This document shows positions 30,616 through 39,910 of a DNA stretch of 64,000 nucleotides, piece by piece; positions within the stretch are counted from its first letter, which is position 1, and every line of letters begins with the position of its first letter. The DNA is from Desulfatiglandales bacterium (GTDB lineage: Bacteria > Desulfobacterota > DSM-4660 > Desulfatiglandales > Desulfatiglandaceae): the NCBI GenBank assembly GCA_963666345.1, contig OY762721.1, forward strand, positions 224,001 to 288,000, in the 5' to 3' direction. Below the pieces are notes generated by a model that was not told the origin of the DNA, made no database searches, and saw only the letters and a list, made by a program, of their open reading frames with translations. The translations under genes and the position numbers were made by a program.

Positions 30616-30692
30616 TGGTGCGCCTGGGAGGACTCGGACCCCCGGCCTGCGGATTAGAAGTCCGCTGCTCTATCCAGCTGAGCTACAGGCGC
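30616..30692 (-). tRNA. tRNA-Arg (anticodon TCT)
   Basis: 77-nt cloverleaf GCGCCTG...GCGGA-CTTCTAA-TCCGC...CAGGCGC-ACCA. Confidence 0.95.
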
Positions 30693-30828
30693 TTTTGAAT
30701 GAATCTATAATATATATTGAATGGAAGTAAACAAAAAATATTTCTTTCAAATCGGGTTGGAGAGGAGGATTCAAAGACCCAAGGGGCCAATGATTCAGGG
30801 GAATGTTTTCTATCGATCTTATCAGTCG

Positions 30829-32175
30829 TTATCCGGAACTTTTGCCGTTGTTTTTCCCGTTTAGTACCTCTCTGAGAACCCTGTTCGTCCTTTTCTCCAT
30901 ATCATCCATGATATCCCTCATGGTCTTGAGCTGCAAGATGCTCTTTTTGGACTTTTCCTTGAAGGGCAGTTTCAAAGAGGGTTCTTCGAGTATCTGAAGG
31001 AGTCTGTTCAGATAATTTGAATCCAGTTGATCCCTGTCGTTGTATATCAGATCCACCCATTCCTGTTTGAGCGAATCGGACATGGCGCCGTAGGCATTGA
31101 GATTATCAGGGTCTTTTCCTTGATAAAGGGACCTCTTAAGCTGTTCGAGGTTGTCTTTTATCTCCTGCCTGACAGAGTCTTCAAGAGCTGCCCTTTCGAG
31201 TAATCTCATCCACCTCTTTTCTATCTTCATCCGGATCCAGTTCTCTCCCCTTTCAGGAGGAAGAGAGAATTCAAGGAATCTTTCCTGAAGCTCGACCAGC
31301 TCCTTTGCCAGTTCACCTGCTTTCCCGTCCACCCTGGACAGGAGGCTGTTCAGATTTTCCACTGCCAGCTGCTTTATCCCCTTTTTACCAATCTCCTTGA
31401 GCAGTTCCTTTTCCCACTGGCGTCTCAGAAAGCCCAGCTCCAGCTTTATGAGAGAAAGGATGAGGCCCGATTTGGTTATGGTGTTTCTGAGCGCGTCCGC
31501 CAGTATGTTACATGAGTTAAGCCTGTCTTCTGCCAGATGCTCCATGGCATCCAACGATTCCTGTCTCAGTTCGTAGGAGAGCAGTTCCGTGCCCAGGGTC
31601 CTTGAAAGGCGTTTTATGACCTTTGTCGCAGGCCCCCCTATCCTGATGCTTTTTTCCTGAAAGTGTATCTTTATGACGGCTGCTACCAGATATTCACTGT
31701 CCTGCCATATCGTGCCGCCCTGGACGACCTGGGGGTACCTGATCTCATTCTTACTGCCCTTATACAGATCCTCTTTTCTTATCAGAACCGGCTCCATGTG
31801 ATGGGTATCATTCTGAATACCTTCTAGCTGGAGTTTCACGCTTCGCTGGTCGTTTTCAGGGTTTTCGGCGGTCCAGCTTCTCTGCTTTTCAACGCACCAT
31901 GCCATGGCCTCGAGTGCCCGGCCTGTTTCATCCCTGTATTGAAGCCATGGCTTGCCGGGCGGATTGTACTCCGAGTCCTCGGGAAGGCCCCAGGAAATAG
32001 TCTCCCTGTCGGAGCTTATTATTCCGGAAGTGATCCTTGTAGCCGTAAGCTTGGGGGGACTTCCTATCAGGTATACTGTTCCCTTGTAGGCGTTGGGCAG
32101 ACAGAAAAGGATCGTTTCAATAATCTCCTTGCAGGCCTGCTCCAAAAATGCCTTGTCAAGTATATTGTCAAGCAC
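30829..32175 (-). CDS. Hypothetical protein; putative GAF-like domain, degenerate HisKA and helical tail
   Basis: 448-aa ORF with GTG start after AAGG. Domain guess from motif pattern only. Confidence 0.7.
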   Translation of the reverse strand: MLDNILDKAFLEQACKEIIETILFCLPNAYKGTVYLIGSPPKLTATRITSGIISSDRETISWGLPEDSEYNPPGKPWLQYRDETGRALEAMAWCVEKQRSWTAENPENDQRSVKLQLEGIQNDTHHMEPVLIRKEDLYKGSKNEIRYPQVVQGGTIWQDSEYLVAAVIKIHFQEKSIRIGGPATKVIKRLSRTLGTELLSYELRQESLDAMEHLAEDRLNSCNILADALRNTITKSGLILSLIKLELGFLRRQWEKELLKEIGKKGIKQLAVENLNSLLSRVDGKAGELAKELVELQERFLEFSLPPERGENWIRMKIEKRWMRLLERAALEDSVRQEIKDNLEQLKRSLYQGKDPDNLNAYGAMSDSLKQEWVDLIYNDRDQLDSNYLNRLLQILEEPSLKLPFKEKSKKSILQLKTMRDIMDDMEKRTNRVLREVLNGKNNGKSSG

Positions 32176-32348
32176 TACCTTATATAGCCTCCATAAAATA
32201 TAAGCGCCTTAAGGCGCTGCCATGCGTCAAGATAAAACCTTTTCGCCTCTGCATGGTAAAAGTTTTGTTAATTTATACCTTTTTTCATCTTTGTCAATGA
32301 TAAATAAGGCCTCTTGACATTGCATTTCAAGGGTGTCAAATAGTTTCT

Positions 32349-33209
32349 ATGGAAAATAAAGGAATAATAATTGAAAACCGGCCTGAATCGAACGCCAGGG
32401 TCCTGGTAGCCGGGTTCACCGGATGGGGAAACGCCCTCGAGATCTCAAGCTCCATGATGGATTATCTCATAAAAGGGCTTGGCGCGGTTAAATTCGCCAG
32501 GTTAAACACGGATCTTTACTGCCGTTATATTGAAGAGCGCCCGGTCGTGCGAATAAACGACGGCGCCCTGACCTCAATAAGTCATGGCTTGGGTGAATTG
32601 TATTTCGCCGACTCCACCCCTAACAATATCGTCATACTCAAGGCTCAGGAGCCCGCATTGAGATGGTTTCACTTTACCGAAGCGCTCTTATCACTTTGCG
32701 GGCAGATGGGGATAAGGACGATCGTCACCATAGGCAGCATGTATGATAATGTCCTTCACAACGACAGGATAATGTCAGCGGTCAGCTCCAATGAGGAGCT
32801 CTCGCTCAGGCTCAAGGAAAAAGGGATCCTTCCAATTTCCTATGAAGGCCCCTGCTCCATACACACGATCGTCCAGTCGGAGGGGGAATGGAAAGGATTT
32901 GAATGCGCAAGCATCTGGTGCCACTGCCCCTATTACCTTCAGGGAACGACCCATTACGGCATACTCTCCCATCTCGGCTCTTTTCTCTCCGGTTTCTTCG
33001 GATTTGATCTGGACCTGACGGAATTAAACACACTTTGGAAGGAATTAAAGGAAAAGATTCAGGAAATAATCGACAATAACGGGGACCTCCAGGATATGAT
33101 CGCCAGGCTGAGAAAAGAAAAGGTGGGCGGATCATGGGCGCATATGAAGGAAGATGACCCGGGCCATGACAAGGTACTTGATATAAGGGATTTTATGAAG
33201 CCGAGGTGA
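32349..33209 (+). CDS. PAC2 (proteasome assembly chaperone-like) family protein
   Basis: AGFTGWGNA, RP, EPALRW, YEGP, WCHCPYY. Confidence 0.85.
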   Translation: MENKGIIIENRPESNARVLVAGFTGWGNALEISSSMMDYLIKGLGAVKFARLNTDLYCRYIEERPVVRINDGALTSISHGLGELYFADSTPNNIVILKAQEPALRWFHFTEALLSLCGQMGIRTIVTIGSMYDNVLHNDRIMSAVSSNEELSLRLKEKGILPISYEGPCSIHTIVQSEGEWKGFECASIWCHCPYYLQGTTHYGILSHLGSFLSGFFGFDLDLTELNTLWKELKEKIQEIIDNNGDLQDMIARLRKEKVGGSWAHMKEDDPGHDKVLDIRDFMKPR

Positions 33210-33216
33210 GAGTTGA

Positions 33217-33984
33217 TCAGGAATCGAGCCTCTTATCGCTGTCTCTTTTCTTTATTTCCTCTACAAGCCTGGTTATCACTGTCCCCGCCTGACCCTGAAG
33301 AAAGATATCCGTGACACTGTCCGTGAGATGGGTCCTCTCGGTGTTGATCTCTATAATCTTTGCCCCGTTCTTCTTGGCTATGGAAGGGATACTGTTTGCC
33401 GGGTACACCACCGCAGAGGTCCCCACTACCAGTACCGCCTGGCATGAAGAAGCCAGCCTGAAAGACCGGTCCATCGCCTCCTGGGAAATGGCCTCCCCGA
33501 AGAATATCACATCCGGCTTGAGAACCATGTCACATTCGCATCTTGGAGGATCGGCGCCCCTTCTCTCGTTTCCCTTGTAACTTCTGCCGCAGCGCAGACA
33601 GGAAAGGTTCCTTGAGTTCCCGTGGTATTCTATGACGTTTTTTGAACCTCCTGCCTGATGCAGGTTATCCACATTCTGTGTAATGACGCAATCCAGATAC
33701 CCCATCCGTTCAAGCTCTCCCATACCCTTATGAGCGCCGTTCGGCTTGGCCCCGGATACTATCGTCTCAAGTTCCCTGAGCATGTTCCAGACCTTCTCGG
33801 GATTTTCGCGAAAGGCTTTTATGGTGGCATATTCGGCCGGGTCGAACCTTGACCATAGACCGCCGGCACTTCTAAAATCCGGAATCCCCGATTCAACCGA
33901 TATGCCTGCTCCTGTCAGAGCCACGGACAACCTGGAATTTAAAATGGCGTCCGCGGCCCGGTAAATCAGTTTTTCCCATCCCAT
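33217..33984 (-). CDS. cobB: NAD-dependent protein deacylase (sirtuin)
   Basis: GAGISVESGIPDFR, TQNVDNLH, HG, GTS. Confidence 0.92.
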   Translation of the reverse strand: MGWEKLIYRAADAILNSRLSVALTGAGISVESGIPDFRSAGGLWSRFDPAEYATIKAFRENPEKVWNMLRELETIVSGAKPNGAHKGMGELERMGYLDCVITQNVDNLHQAGGSKNVIEYHGNSRNLSCLRCGRSYKGNERRGADPPRCECDMVLKPDVIFFGEAISQEAMDRSFRLASSCQAVLVVGTSAVVYPANSIPSIAKKNGAKIIEINTERTHLTDSVTDIFLQGQAGTVITRLVEEIKKRDSDKRLDS

Positions 33985-34040
33985 TTCAGATCTCCGGGCA
34001 TGTAAGACAACGTCGCGTCAAAAAGAAAGGCAGCGCCTGA

Positions 34041-34229
34041 TCAGGCCGGTTCAAACAGGATCTTCCCCTCGCTGTTGTTGTACAGCCTGAATTTCGCGTT
34101 AAGCGATTTCTGCTCTCCGAATATGCTGGTAAGCAGGATATGATCCTCCTTGAATTCAACGAGATCCACGCTTTCAAGGATCTTTTCTTCCTTTCCATCC
34201 CTTAACATAAATGCATGAGCCTCACACAT
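34041..34229 (-). CDS. cooT: CooT family nickel-binding protein
   Basis: MCE N-terminus (ATG 34229), SIFGEQK, 62 aa. Confidence 0.8.
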   Translation of the reverse strand: MCEAHAFMLRDGKEEKILESVDLVEFKEDHILLTSIFGEQKSLNAKFRLYNNSEGKILFEPA

Positions 34230-34277
34230 CTTGATCCCCCTCGCCAAAAAACAGTTAATCCCTGTTGTTCATATTCA

Positions 34278-34481
34278 TCAATCTTCAAGACAGGCAAGCG
34301 CCTTGCGGAGGCATTCGGTACTCTCAGCGGTGAGCCTTACCATCTCCCTGATCTGCCCCGCGCTTTCAGCTTTTCCAGACTGCTCCAGCTGTTCGGCGAA
34401 CATCTCGTATTCTTCCTGATGGTGTTCATTGTGACTTACCCAGTGTTCTATCCGGATCCTCGCCTTTTCTGCAAAATCCAT
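34278..34481 (-). CDS. Small helical His-motif protein, possibly metal-binding
   Basis: HWVSHNEHH motif; GGAGG RBS; directly upstream of cooT. Confidence 0.7.
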   Translation of the reverse strand: MDFAEKARIRIEHWVSHNEHHQEEYEMFAEQLEQSGKAESAGQIREMVRLTAESTECLRKALACLED

Positions 34482-34857
34482 TATGACATTCCTCCAAGTT
34501 CAGATATTATTTTTTCCCCGCGACAACCAAACCTCTTTGAGGCACAAGGCAATGCCCGGACTTGCTTTAGTCTGTCAGGTTTATCTTTCACCTTGCTCAC
34601 GTTATTGAAACGTTAAGTAAAGCGTCTTTGATTGTCAATAAAATTTACTTTATATCAAGTTTGAATTGAGTTGGTAAAAATCATAATAATTAATGAAATC
34701 ATATGTTCATTAACTATAGGATGCTTTTAGATATTGACTACAAATATCTGCCGGAGTAATATCCTTTACTGCGAGGATTCATCGACTCAGACCAACATGG
34801 TATAAAAGATTTTTTCCGGCCAAATTCATATCCAAACATCCCAGGGGAGGATTTAAC

Positions 34858-35376
34858 ATGGATGAAATGCTTGAAGGCAAAAAAATCCTTATAGTTGACG
34901 ATGAACCGGATATCTTGGAGACCCTTGAAGAGATACTCGACATGTGCTCCATTGATACGGCCCCTAATTTCGAGACAGCCCAAAAATTCCTGAATAAATA
35001 CAAGTATGACGTTGCAATCCTGGATATCATGGGTGTCAGAGGATATGACCTGCTCAAGCTTGCCAATGAAAAGGGTATCCCGGCCATAATGCTTACCGCC
35101 CATGCCCTTAACCCTGAAAACCTGGTAAAATCGATAAAAGGCGGGGCACACTCCTATGTGCCCAAAGACAAGATTGCCGAGATCGACACCTTTGTTGAAG
35201 ATATAATAGCGGCCAGGGGAAAAGGGCCTGAGAAGCAGGTAAAATGGTTTGACAGGTTGAAGCCCTTTTTTGACAAGAAATTCGGTGCGGGATGGAAAGA
35301 ACAGGACAGTGAGTTCTGGGAAGAATTTGACAAGAGCTACCGGGTTTCAAAGGATGAAATCGAAAAGATGATGTAA
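34858..35376 (+). CDS. Response regulator (REC plus short aromatic C-terminal tail)
   Basis: ILIVDDEPD, ILDIMG, MLTA, PK. Confidence 0.88.
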   Translation: MDEMLEGKKILIVDDEPDILETLEEILDMCSIDTAPNFETAQKFLNKYKYDVAILDIMGVRGYDLLKLANEKGIPAIMLTAHALNPENLVKSIKGGAHSYVPKDKIAEIDTFVEDIIAARGKGPEKQVKWFDRLKPFFDKKFGAGWKEQDSEFWEEFDKSYRVSKDEIEKMM

Positions 35377-35384
35377 TCCCTTCT

Positions 35385-36272
35385 TTATTCCACAATCTCA
35401 CAGACATCTTCAGATAAAGGAATCCTTACGATAAATTTTGCGCCCTTTCCCTGATCACTTTCAAGGGAAAGGCTGCAATCCATGTCCTCCACCAGGACCA
35501 TGACCCCGGCAAGGCCCAGCCCGTGCCCCCTTACGGTATAGGTATCGCAGGCGTCCATCTGAAAATAGCTTTCGAATATCTTCTTGTGATAAAATTCCGG
35601 TATACCTTCACCGTCATCCTTCACATAAAAAAGCAGGGATCCGGGATACTGCTCGATTCCAAGCTCAACCAGAGTCTTTTTATATTTCAGGGCATTGGTA
35701 AGCAGATTCCTGAGGATCTGTTTCAGTTTTGCCTCATCGAGCTTGAACTGCCTGCACCAGAGCTCATCGGTCACATTGAGCCTTATACCCTTGACCTCCA
35801 GATTCTCCCTGAGAACCCCTATGCCGGTGCACGCTTTTATCTTTTCGGACGTGGCCCCGTCCGCCAGATCGAATATCTCCACGAGTGACTGCTCTATGAG
35901 ATCGGAGACCGTGACTTTCGACCTGTTTATTATACCCTCCCTGGATCTTCCCAGTTCAAGGGCGTCACTTACCAGAGTCTGAATTACCTTTATATTTCTC
36001 AGTGCCCTGACAAGCACCTTTTCCTGTTTGTCTGTCAATGGCCCGTATTTTTCAGGCCTTCTGAAAAGGGAAGTGATTCCCGCCTCTATTACCGCAAGAG
36101 GGACTTTGAAATCATGAATGAGAAGGTCCAGCTTTATCCTCTCGCGCCTTTTTCCTCCTCTTCCGGCCGCCTGTTTATCTTCCTGTCCTGTCATCTTTTC
36201 AGCGCTGGTACTGGTCATTTTTTTTAATATTTTTACTAGATTTTTGTGTATTGATCTTCGAAACAGCATCAT
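35385..36272 (-). CDS. Cytoplasmic histidine kinase without an evident sensor domain
   Basis: IHDFKVPL, NLLTNALKY, DDGEG, GHGLGL. Start uncertain. Confidence 0.85.
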   Translation of the reverse strand: MMLFRRSIHKNLVKILKKMTSTSAEKMTGQEDKQAAGRGGKRRERIKLDLLIHDFKVPLAVIEAGITSLFRRPEKYGPLTDKQEKVLVRALRNIKVIQTLVSDALELGRSREGIINRSKVTVSDLIEQSLVEIFDLADGATSEKIKACTGIGVLRENLEVKGIRLNVTDELWCRQFKLDEAKLKQILRNLLTNALKYKKTLVELGIEQYPGSLLFYVKDDGEGIPEFYHKKIFESYFQMDACDTYTVRGHGLGLAGVMVLVEDMDCSLSLESDQGKGAKFIVRIPLSEDVCEIVE

Positions 36273-36518
36273 AATTATACAGGATCTCCAAATCAGCCGG
36301 TCGACCGGATAGTTTCAATCCGGAAAACACACTCATACTCAAGCAGAGGGGGAATGGATGTTACAGCAATAAAATGCTCAAATATCACCTAGTTGAACGC
36401 TTTTTAAATAATTGCGTTGAAAAAAATTTATTATACAAAATTTAATTCTATTTATCTAGTGTTCATCCAAAAATTAAAGAACGGGCACTCATCACTGCCC
36501 AACAGGCCGGTTAGATCA

Positions 36519-37382
36519 TCAGGAGTAAAACAGGAGCCCGGCATAGCCCACGAAGCTTGAATCAGGCCTTACATCATAACTTGTGGCATATACCAGCTCT
36601 TCTCCCTGTACCGCTCCCAGGGTATGGGCCGCCTCCACGGCTGCTCCCGCGGCACCGCCGCAGCAGGCGTTACGGCTTTTAAGGGATTCCAGGACAATCC
36701 CCCTGGCATCCATATTCACCATGAGCTCCACGGCTTTCCTGTCGTTTTCCTCTCTTACCCATTTGAGCGCCTCTTTTCCCGACCCCTTAGGCGTAAATCC
36801 GTAATTCATGCCGTAGTGGGTAAGATCGGTTGAACCGATAACGATCATTCTTCTGCCGAGTGAAGTGCCTATCCCCGCCACCCTCGCAGCCAGATCAAGG
36901 CTGGTCAATGAAGGCGGAACACCTATCGGCAGGATCCTCGTTTCAGGGAAAAAATACTTTATAAAAGGCAGTTGAAGCTCAATCGTGTTGTCCTGCTCAT
37001 AGCGTGATCCGGTCTCAACGACAAATTCATACTCCGACTCGATCCCAGCGGCAAGCTCACTGTCGATCTCAATAGACCCCAGCGGGGTCTCCCACGCACC
37101 CGAGGTCATGATATATCTGTTGCCGGATGGAGGAAGGTGCCTGCCGAAGATTACGCATGTGTCGGGATCTTCATCCCCTTTAAGGCACCTTATGACAGAG
37201 CATGCTATCCTTCCCGAAAACACCCAGCCCGCGTGAGGGACTATACCTCCGACAGCGCTTCCACCCTCCGGGGGACAGGGGATGCCCTTCTGCATGAACT
37301 CCTCTATCTGCCTGCGGCACTCCGATTCTCTTCCCGGGTACCACGCGCCTGCCAAATCGGCCCTTCTGGTTTCCACTTTCAT
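36519..37382 (-). CDS. amrB: AmmeMemoRadiSam system protein B (MEMO1 family)
   Basis: AGAWYP, PHAG, WETPLG, IELQLP, STDLTHYG. Confidence 0.88.
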   Translation of the reverse strand: MKVETRRADLAGAWYPGRESECRRQIEEFMQKGIPCPPEGGSAVGGIVPHAGWVFSGRIACSVIRCLKGDEDPDTCVIFGRHLPPSGNRYIMTSGAWETPLGSIEIDSELAAGIESEYEFVVETGSRYEQDNTIELQLPFIKYFFPETRILPIGVPPSLTSLDLAARVAGIGTSLGRRMIVIGSTDLTHYGMNYGFTPKGSGKEALKWVREENDRKAVELMVNMDARGIVLESLKSRNACCGGAAGAAVEAAHTLGAVQGEELVYATSYDVRPDSSFVGYAGLLFYS

Positions 37383-37551
37383 ACCTCCTTAAAACTTCCG
37401 TAAAATTTCCGGTAATGACCGGCTGCCTGACAGGTAAAGAATTTTGGTTGAAGCATCCGGTATTTACTGATATTAATCGATCCATTACCCTGTGGCTTAA
37501 ATGCGCACAGGGTAGTTTATTTAAAAAAAAGACTGAAAAGAGACATCTATA

Positions 37552-38196
37552 ATGCACTTTGATATATCGGCCCTGATAGTAAAGATTCCGGTCCTGCTTT
37601 TTGCCATAACCATCCATGAATACGCCCACGGAAGGGCGGCCCTCTGGCTGGGGGATCCCACCGCGAAAAACATGGGACGGCTTACGCTCAATCCCATTCC
37701 CCATATCGACCCGATAGGGGCAATCTGTCTGTTTCTGTTCAGCTTCGGCTGGGCAAAACCGGTTCCGGTAAACCCCAGGTATTTCAGGGAACCGAGAAAG
37801 GGCATCATCTTGATGTCCTTAAGCGGTCCTTTTGCCAACCTCTCGGCGGCACTTCTGGCAGGCCTGTGCCTGCGTTTTTTTCCCTTTCCCTTTGAGGTAT
37901 ATCTCAAGGCCCTTTTATGGCTGATCCTAATGAACATAGGCCTTGGGCTCTTCAACCTTGTTCCGATTCCGCCCCTTGACGGCTCGCATGTGCTTGAAAA
38001 CATCCTGCCGCAGAAAATCGCCCTGAGATACAGGCAGATGGGACGCTACGGCGCAATATTCATAATAGGGATCGTGATGCTGGACAATTTCGCGCACACC
38101 GGAATCATCGCCAAGCTCCTTGTGGGTCCGATCTTCAGGCTCGCCCACCTGTTCGCGGGCGACATACTCTTTCAGCTTATTCCCCTTTTGAGATAG
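37552..38196 (+). CDS. Site-2 protease (M50 family)
   Basis: HEYAH, GWAKPVP, FNLVPIPPLDG. Confidence 0.92.
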   Translation: MHFDISALIVKIPVLLFAITIHEYAHGRAALWLGDPTAKNMGRLTLNPIPHIDPIGAICLFLFSFGWAKPVPVNPRYFREPRKGIILMSLSGPFANLSAALLAGLCLRFFPFPFEVYLKALLWLILMNIGLGLFNLVPIPPLDGSHVLENILPQKIALRYRQMGRYGAIFIIGIVMLDNFAHTGIIAKLLVGPIFRLAHLFAGDILFQLIPLLR

Positions 38197-38532
38197 CCCA
38201 CTGCGTAGGCGGACATTATCAATGGCCTCTTAAAGGAATAATTCAAGATTATCAAGAACAGGTCTAACGCGCAAGCCCTTTCAAGACCCTCACCGTTCAA
38301 AATCCTCAGCCATTATGAGCCTGTCCATATCCCCTCTTATAGCTTTTTCATCTTCTTTTATACCAATCTTCTCATCATACTCATTCAGATTCTATATACA
38401 CGATTCATAAGGCATCGAAGTCAACGACGTCCCTCATGTCCTCCCAAAAAAAGAATAAAAGCATAGGTGCGCCTTTTTTTTGCATAGATCCCAAAGCATC
38501 CGATCCACCCGACCGCGGGGCGTCCCGGTCGT

Positions 38533-38561
38533 TTGACACGCGGGCCGCAATTACCTATACT
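38533..38561 (+). promoter_or_regulatory. Near-consensus sigma70 promoter for the ADH gene
   Basis: TTGACA-N17-TATACT. Confidence 0.7.
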
Positions 38562-38644
38562 CCGCACACAACAGGAGAATTCCAACGCCGGGGGGGCTGC
38601 ATCCGGCCGCGGGTGCGACCAGCATACAAAGGAGGACAACGGGC

Positions 38645-39658
38645 ATGAAGGCATGGGTGCTAAGAGAGCAAGCCGCGATCGAGGAAAGACCGCTCACGCT
38701 TGAGGAGATCCCCACGCCCGATCCCGGAGACGATGAGATCCGCATCAAGACCCTGGTCTGCGGAGTATGCAGGACCGATATCCACATCGCCGAAGGAGAC
38801 CTGGCCCTCAAGAAATCCCCCCTTGTCCTCGGCCACCAGGTCGTGGGGGTGGTGGATGCCGTCGGAAAACGGGTCCAACGGTTTCAGAAGGGAGACCGGG
38901 CCGGGGTTTACTGGCTCTACCGTTCCTGCGGGACCTGCAGGTACTGCATGTCCCGGCAGGAAAACTACTGTCCCCGTTTCGAGGCCACAGGCTGGCACCA
39001 AAACGGCGGGTACGCGGAATACATGACCATCCCCGAGCGCTATGCCCTGCCCCTGGGGCATCCGTCCCTGGATCCGAGGGAGATCGCCCCGCTCCTCTGC
39101 CCCGGAATCGCCGGGTACGCGGCCTTAAAGTTGACCGGGGCCGTCAAAGGGGACAGGCTGGGCCTCTACGGCTTCGGCCCCACGGCCTACTTTGTACTCA
39201 AGGCGGCTCAATCCCTCGGGATGGAAGTCCTGGTCAGCACCCGCTCGCCCAAGAACATCGAACGGGCCAAAAAGGAGGGGGCTCTCTGGGCCGCGGACGC
39301 CTCCAAGGAAGCCATGCCTGAGCCCCTGCAGGCAGCCATCGTCTTTCCGCCTGCCGGCAACCTGGTCGAACCGGCCCTGGCCCAGGTGGAAAGGGGCGGC
39401 ACGGTTGTCCTGGCCCCGGTGAGCTCCTCTCCCATCACCATCGACAATTACAGTGAAAACCTCTGGGGCCGCTCAATCCAGACCCTCTACAACCTCAACC
39501 GCGTGGACGCGGAGGAATTCCTACATCTGGTGGAAGACCTGGACCTTGATATCGCCACGGTCGTGGTCCCCTTTAAGGACCTTGAGGACGCCCTGATACA
39601 GGTCAAACATGGAAAGGCTGAGCAGCCTAACGTGGTGATCCAGGTGTCGGAACCCTAG
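38645..39658 (+). CDS. Zinc-dependent alcohol dehydrogenase family protein
   Basis: CGVCRTD, GHQVVG, CGTCRYC...NYC, GFG; AGGAGG RBS. Confidence 0.9.
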   Translation: MKAWVLREQAAIEERPLTLEEIPTPDPGDDEIRIKTLVCGVCRTDIHIAEGDLALKKSPLVLGHQVVGVVDAVGKRVQRFQKGDRAGVYWLYRSCGTCRYCMSRQENYCPRFEATGWHQNGGYAEYMTIPERYALPLGHPSLDPREIAPLLCPGIAGYAALKLTGAVKGDRLGLYGFGPTAYFVLKAAQSLGMEVLVSTRSPKNIERAKKEGALWAADASKEAMPEPLQAAIVFPPAGNLVEPALAQVERGGTVVLAPVSSSPITIDNYSENLWGRSIQTLYNLNRVDAEEFLHLVEDLDLDIATVVVPFKDLEDALIQVKHGKAEQPNVVIQVSEP

Positions 39659-39688
39659 GTTTCTGGTTCACCCGGGGGCGGCATCGGA

Positions 39689-39910
39689 AGGCCGGATGCA
39701 GGAGCCCTGATAAAGGGAAGCGGAGGCCTCAGAAAAGTACGCTGGAGCCTTCCGGGTAAAGGGAAGAGCGGCTCAATCAGGATTATTTACTATTGGATTT
39801 CACCTGACAGTATCTTAATTAACTTTCCTTATAAAAAAAGCGAACAGGAAGATCTCACACCAGAACAGCTTAGGGTTCTGCATGAATTGGTAAAGGAGTT
39901 TTTAGGATGA
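39689..39910 (+). pseudogene. RelE/HigB-type toxin, 5'-truncated
   Basis: Hand translation RPDAGALIKGSGGLRKVRW...RIIYYW...YKKSEQEDLT; no start codon; stop overlaps the antitoxin ATG (ATGA). Confidence 0.8.

Noticed and set aside
1622..37382. Apparent cluster of eukaryote-like families (Bax inhibitor, Ste24, caspase, PAC2, sirtuin, MEMO1)
   Set aside because: All are widespread in bacteria and are scattered here; only the PFK-2/FBPase-2 is unusual.
38210..38436. AT-rich coding-like minus-strand fragment
   Set aside because: Multiple stops and no recognisable family; probably debris.
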